This document shows, piece by piece, positions 27,581 through 32,000 of a DNA stretch of 32,000 nucleotides. A program made the translations under genes and the position numbers. A model generated the notes under the pieces. That model ran no database searches and was not told where the DNA came from. It saw nothing but the letters and a program-made list of their open reading frames with translations. Location: contig JAJRVL010000005.1 in assembly GCA_024277355.1 (NCBI GenBank), positions 76,870-108,869 of the forward strand, read 5' to 3'. Within the stretch, counting starts at the first letter, position 1; each line of letters opens with the position of its first letter. The DNA is from an archaeon (lineage in GTDB: Archaea; Iainarchaeota; Iainarchaeia; Iainarchaeales; 1-14-0-10-31-34).

Positions 27581-30295
27581 ATGAAAATAACTAAAAGAAC
27601 CGGAGAAGTAACTGAATTTGATGCTGAAAGAATTAAAAACGCAATAACCAAAGCATTTGAAGCAAATAAAATTAATGTTTCAAAAGAAAAAATTGATGAA
27701 ATAGTTTCAGATATTTCAGATGAAATAAGAATCAGATTTACTGATTTTTATCCTAATGTTGAAAACATTCAGGATATAGTTGAAAAGCATTTAATGCATA
27801 ATGATTTTTTTGATACAGCTAAAGCATATATTTTATACAGAGAAAAAAAAACTGAATTAAGGGAAAAACAAACAGAAAAAAATATAGAAAAATCTCTGAA
27901 AGGAAAATTAACTGTTAAAAAAAGAAATGGAAAAACAGTTTTATTTGATTTAAAGAAATTAGAAAAAACAATTGAGAGAATTGCAGAAAACAAAAACATT
28001 GATTCTGAGTTAATTGCAAAAGAAGCAGTAAAAAACATTTTTGACGGAGTTTTAACAGAACAAATTGAAAAAGCATTAATTTTAGCAGGAATTGCTTTTA
28101 TTGAAAAAGACCCTGATTATGATTCCTTTTCAGCTAAACTTTTTTTGCAGAAATTATATAAAGAAGTAATAGGCAAATCTTTTTCTGAAAATGAATTAGA
28201 AGAATTATATAAAAATGCATTTATTGAAGGAATAAATAAAGGAATTAAAGAAAACTTTTTTGATAAAAAATTACTTGAATTTGATTTAGAAAAACTTGCT
28301 AAAGGCTTAAAGCCTGAAAGAGATTTTTTATTCAAGTATTTGGGAATTCAGACTTTATATGAAAGGTATTTTTTAAGAATTAAAGACAAAAGAATTGAAT
28401 TGCCTCAGTCATTCTGGATGAGAGTTGCAATGGGTTTAGCATTAAATGAAGAAAACAAAGAAGAAAAAGCATTAGAATTCTATGAATTAATGTCTTTGTT
28501 TTATTTTGTTCCTTCAACTCCAACTTTATTTCATTCAGGTTTAATTCATTCTCAGTTAAGTTCCTGTTATCTTACTACAGTTGAAGATGACTTAAGCCAT
28601 ATAATGAAATCTGTTTCAGATAATGCTCAGTTATCTAAATGGAGCGGAGGATTAGGAAATGACTGGACTAATGTTCGGGCTACAGGAGCTTTAATTAAAT
28701 CAACTAATGTTGAAAGTCAGGGAGTAATCCCTTTTCTTAAAATTGCAAATGATGTTACTGTTGCAATTAACAGAAGCGGAAAAAGAAGAGGAGCAACTTG
28801 TGCTTACTTAGAAAACTGGCATTTAGATATTGAAGATTTTCTGGATTTAAGAAGAAACACAGGAGATGAAAGAAGAAGAACTCATGACATGAATACTGCT
28901 GTATGGATTCCGGATGAATTTATGAAAAGAGTTTTAGAACAAAAAAACTGGACTTTGTTTTCTCCTGAAGAAGTTCCTGAATTGCATCATATTTTTGGAA
29001 AAGAATTTGAATTAAAATATAAAGAATATGAAGAAAAGGCAAGGCAGGGAAAAATAAGGAAATTTAAAGAAATTCCTGCAAAAGATTTATGGAGAAAAAC
29101 TTTAACCAGATTATTTGAAACAGGGCACCCTTGGATTACTTTTAAAGATCCTTGTAATATTCGTTCTCCGCAGAATCACACAGGAGTAATCCATAACTCT
29201 AATTTATGCACTGAAATTACTTTGAATACTTCAAAAGATGAAACAGCAGTGTGTAATTTAGGTTCAGTTAATTTAAGCAAACACATTGCAGAAGGACAAT
29301 TAAACAAAACTCAATTAGAAAAAACAATTAAAACTGCAATAAGAATGTTGGATAATGTTGTTGACTTAAATTTTTATCCTACAATTGAAGCAAAAAATTC
29401 TAATTTAAAACACAGGCCGATTGGTTTAGGTTTAATGGGTTTTCAGGACGGGTTGTTTAAATTAAACATTAATTTTGATTCTGATAAAGCAGTTGAATTT
29501 GCAGATGAATTAATGGAATTAATTTCTTTTAATGCAATTTCAGCTTCATCTGATTTAGCTAAAGAAAGAACTCCTTATTCAAGTTTTGATGGCTCTAAAT
29601 GGAGTAAAGGAATTTTTCCTTTTGATTCCCTTGAATTACTTGAAAAAGAAAGAGGCATAAAAATTGAAGTTTCAAAAAACAGTAAACTGAATTGGAGTGA
29701 ATTAAAACAAAAAGTAAAACAACAAGGAATGCGTAATTCAAATGTAATGGCTATTGCGCCAACAGCAACAATTTCTAATATAGTAGGAAGTTTTCCTTGT
29801 ATTGAACCAATTTACAAAAACATTTATGTTAAATCAAACATGTCAGGAGAATTTACTATAGTTAATTTTTATCTGATAGAAGACTTAAAGAAATTAAATT
29901 TATGGAATCAGGAAATGCTTGAACAATTAAAATATTTTGACGGAAACTTAAAGTTTATTCCTTCAATTCCTAAAAATTTAAAGGAAAAATATAAAGAAGC
30001 ATTTGAAATTGATGCAATACATTTAATCAAATTAACTGCTGAAAGAGGAAAATGGATTGACCAAAGCCAGTCGCATAATGTTTTTTTAAAAGGAGTTTCA
30101 GGAAAAAAATTAAATGAAGTTTATTTAAGTGCATGGAAAGCAGGGTTAAAAACAACTTATTATTTAAGAGGTTTAGCTGCAAGTCAAATTGAAAAATCAA
30201 CTTTAGATGCAAAATATGGTTTCACTCAAAAAAGAGAATATAAAGAACTAAAAAAAGAAAAAAACGAACCATTAGTCTGCGAGGCTTGTGAGTAG
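27581..30295 (+). CDS. nrdA: Class I ribonucleoside-diphosphate reductase, alpha subunit, with two N-terminal ATP-cone-like segments
   Basis: MKITKRTGEVTEFDAERIKNAI...; second cone-like KLTVKKRNGKTVLFDLKKLEKTI; NLCTEITLNTSKDETAVCNLGSVNLSKH; C-terminal VCEACE. Start at 27581; the track's 27398 start is an extension. Confidence 0.93.
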   Translation: MKITKRTGEVTEFDAERIKNAITKAFEANKINVSKEKIDEIVSDISDEIRIRFTDFYPNVENIQDIVEKHLMHNDFFDTAKAYILYREKKTELREKQTEKNIEKSLKGKLTVKKRNGKTVLFDLKKLEKTIERIAENKNIDSELIAKEAVKNIFDGVLTEQIEKALILAGIAFIEKDPDYDSFSAKLFLQKLYKEVIGKSFSENELEELYKNAFIEGINKGIKENFFDKKLLEFDLEKLAKGLKPERDFLFKYLGIQTLYERYFLRIKDKRIELPQSFWMRVAMGLALNEENKEEKALEFYELMSLFYFVPSTPTLFHSGLIHSQLSSCYLTTVEDDLSHIMKSVSDNAQLSKWSGGLGNDWTNVRATGALIKSTNVESQGVIPFLKIANDVTVAINRSGKRRGATCAYLENWHLDIEDFLDLRRNTGDERRRTHDMNTAVWIPDEFMKRVLEQKNWTLFSPEEVPELHHIFGKEFELKYKEYEEKARQGKIRKFKEIPAKDLWRKTLTRLFETGHPWITFKDPCNIRSPQNHTGVIHNSNLCTEITLNTSKDETAVCNLGSVNLSKHIAEGQLNKTQLEKTIKTAIRMLDNVVDLNFYPTIEAKNSNLKHRPIGLGLMGFQDGLFKLNINFDSDKAVEFADELMELISFNAISASSDLAKERTPYSSFDGSKWSKGIFPFDSLELLEKERGIKIEVSKNSKLNWSELKQKVKQQGMRNSNVMAIAPTATISNIVGSFPCIEPIYKNIYVKSNMSGEFTIVNFYLIEDLKKLNLWNQEMLEQLKYFDGNLKFIPSIPKNLKEKYKEAFEIDAIHLIKLTAERGKWIDQSQSHNVFLKGVSGKKLNEVYLSAWKAGLKTTYYLRGLAASQIEKSTLDAKYGFTQKREYKELKKEKNEPLVCEACE

Positions 30296-30307
30296 TAGGA
30301 AAAAAAA

Positions 30308-30403
30308 ATGACTATAATAAATAATTCTAAGACTGACCCACAACCGCCGCTGTCAGTTGGCACCAGAGTACGGCATAAAGCCGTACTGCAAGGAGGTGAG
30401 TAA
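30308..30403 (+). other. 31-codon upstream mini-ORF with duplicated NrdB N-terminus, hairpin and strong Shine-Dalgarno
   Basis: MTIINNSKTDPQPPLSVGTRVRHKAVLQGGE-TAA, immediately followed by ATG of nrdB (MTIINNSKTDPNK...). 8-bp perfect stem AGTACGGC-ATAAA-GCCGTACT at 30367-30387; AAGGAGGTGAG at 30390-30400. Confidence 0.7.
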
Positions 30404-31396
30404 ATGACAATTATAAATAATTCTAAGACTGATCCAAATAAAATTCTGCCAATGAAATATTTATGGGCAAGAGAACACTACAAAAACGGAGTAGCAAACA
30501 ACTGGACTCCTGAAGAAATTTCAATGCAGCAGGATATTGAACAATGGAAATCAAATTCTTTAACTAAAGATGAAAAAAGACTGGTATTATGGAATTTAGG
30601 TTTTTTTTCTACAGCAGAATCCTTAACCGCAAACAATATTGTGTTAGCAGTTTACAACAATGTAACTAATCCTGAAAGCCGACAATATTTACTTAGACAG
30701 GCTTTTGAAGAAGCAATTCATACAGACACTTTTATTTATTGCTGTGATTCACTTGGATTAAATCCAGAGGAAATATTTAATATGTATAAGGGTATTCCTT
30801 CAATTAAAGCAAAAGATGATTTTGTAATTAATTTAACTGAATCAATTTTTGATCCAAACTTTAAAACTGATTCAACTGAAAAAATCCAGAAATTTATTCA
30901 TGATTTAATTGGCTATTATGTAATCATGGAAGGAATTTTCTTTTATGCAGGTTTTGCAATGATTCTTGCATTAAAAAGACAGAATAAAATGGTTGGAATA
31001 GGAGAACAATTTGAATATATTATGCGGGATGAAAGCATTCATTTAGCTTTTGGATGTGATTTAATTAACACAATTAAAACTGAAAACCCAGAAATATGGA
31101 CAAAAGAATTTCAGGATGAATTAGTTGGATTAATTAAAAAAGCAGTTGAATTAGAAAAAAATTATGCTTTTGACGCCTGTCCTAACGGCTTATTAGGAAT
31201 TAATGCAGAGCAGTTTGCTGACTATGTTGAATATATTACAGACAGAAGACTTGAAAGAATTGATTTGCCTAAACTTTTTGAAACAAAAAATCCTTTTCCT
31301 TGGATGTCTCAGTCAACTGACTTAACCAAAGAAAAAAACTTTTTTGAAACAAGAGTAACAGAATATCAAACAGCAGGCTCGCTTAAGTGGGATTAA
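30404..31396 (+). CDS. nrdB: Class I ribonucleoside-diphosphate reductase, beta subunit (class Ic-like)
   Basis: AFEEAIHTDTF...CCDSLGL, IMEGIFFYAGF, MRDESIHLAFG metal-ligand motifs; FFSTAES; Phe at the usual radical Tyr position. Confidence 0.93.
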   Translation: MTIINNSKTDPNKILPMKYLWAREHYKNGVANNWTPEEISMQQDIEQWKSNSLTKDEKRLVLWNLGFFSTAESLTANNIVLAVYNNVTNPESRQYLLRQAFEEAIHTDTFIYCCDSLGLNPEEIFNMYKGIPSIKAKDDFVINLTESIFDPNFKTDSTEKIQKFIHDLIGYYVIMEGIFFYAGFAMILALKRQNKMVGIGEQFEYIMRDESIHLAFGCDLINTIKTENPEIWTKEFQDELVGLIKKAVELEKNYAFDACPNGLLGINAEQFADYVEYITDRRLERIDLPKLFETKNPFPWMSQSTDLTKEKNFFETRVTEYQTAGSLKWD

Positions 31397-31401
31397 ATGA
31401 G

Positions 31402-31962
31402 TTAATCATTTTTTATCTTGCTGTTTTCTGGTCCGGTAATTCCAAAATATTTTGCGTTTTTCTTTTTTGAATAAGGAGTTTCACTTGGAGAAGACAAAAC
31501 ATCTAAAGTAAATCTTGCAATTTTTATTCCAGGCCTTATAATTATTGGAATAGTTGAAATATTGCTTATTTCTAATGTTGGAACTCCTTCAAATCCCGGA
31601 TCAAATGCAGAGGCAGTTGAATGAACTATTAAACCAATTCTTCCTAAACTGCTTCTTCCATCTAATCTTCCTGCTAAATGAGAAGGAATTTTAATGTATT
31701 CTTTTATTGTAGCTAAAATTAATTCTCCCGGATGAACAACAAATTTGTCTCCGTCAGGAATTTCAATTACCTGAGTTAAAGTTGAAGGAATTCCATCTTT
31801 TACATCAATATGAGTTATTTCTTAATGCTTAAAAATACGGAATTGGTTTCCTAAATGACAATCAATTGAAGCACAAGTAATATCATCAAAATTTACTCCT
31901 TTGATTTCTAATTCTCCTTTTTCAATTGCTTTTTTTATATCTTTATCTGATAAAATTGTCAT
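31402..31962 (-). pseudogene. dcd: dCTP deaminase-like gene with in-frame TAA at 31822-31824
   Basis: Continuous frame MTILSDKDIKKAIEKGELEIKGVNFDDITCASIDCHLGNQFRIFKH[TAA]EITHIDVKDG...HPGELILATIKEYIKIPSHLAGRLDGRSSLGRIGLIVHSTASAFDPGFEGVPTLEISN... Confidence 0.85.
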
Positions 31963-31977
31963 TAAAAATTCCTCCAA

Positions 31978-31991
31978 TTAGGGTTGCCTTA
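31978..31991. promoter_or_regulatory. Candidate operator TTAGG-GTTG-CCTTA upstream of dcd
   Basis: Same motif and half-sites as 27501-27514. Confidence 0.45.
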
Positions 31992-32000
31992 TTTTGTTTA

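Noticed and set aside
30367-30387. GC-rich hairpin as a Rho-independent terminator for nrdA
   Set aside because: No following T tract; it is followed by a strong SD and the nrdB start, so a translational role is more likely.
8282-31824. Stop-codon reassignment explaining both interrupted genes
   Set aside because: The two internal stops differ (TGA and TAA), and TGA is used as the normal terminator of other genes here (e.g. 7482, 7742 and the korA/korB overlap).
1-32000. CRISPR arrays, tRNA/rRNA genes, transposases, prophage genes
   Set aside because: None recognised by eye; no regularly spaced repeats and no mobile-element protein motifs. A tRNAscan/Infernal run would be needed to exclude small RNAs formally.

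Overview
AT-rich archaeal chromosomal window, DPANN-like by gene content and small gene sizes (inference). It is mostly housekeeping. Supported content: split RNA polymerase B subunit (rpoB'/rpoB'') plus rpoH; CTP-dependent riboflavin kinase; uppP; a RelE-like/RHH-like toxin-antitoxin pair; a MATE transporter interrupted by an in-frame TGA; 2-oxoacid:ferredoxin oxidoreductase alpha/beta; a VIT1-like membrane protein and DUF211; a glycosyltransferase and TylF-like methyltransferase; a beta-propeller lipoprotein; split transketolase; a metzincin/MopE-like secreted protein; a Doc/Fic toxin with a small downstream ORF; a SUF operon (regulator-sufC-sufB-sufD-sufS-sufU); a thioredoxin-like protein; class I ribonucleotide reductase nrdA/nrdB; and dcd with an in-frame TAA. 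The most unusual signals are: (1) a 31-codon, locally GC-rich mini-ORF just before nrdB that duplicates the first 11 residues of NrdB with only synonymous differences, then carries an 8-bp hairpin and a very strong Shine-Dalgarno; (2) a TTAGG-N4-CCTWA palindrome found twice in the nrdA upstream region and once upstream of dcd; (3) a tandemly duplicated two-gene membrane module (about 120 aa + about 56 aa); (4) a Phe at the radical-Tyr position of NrdB (class Ic signature); (5) two genes with single in-frame stops. No CRISPR array, tRNA, rRNA or transposase gene was recognised.
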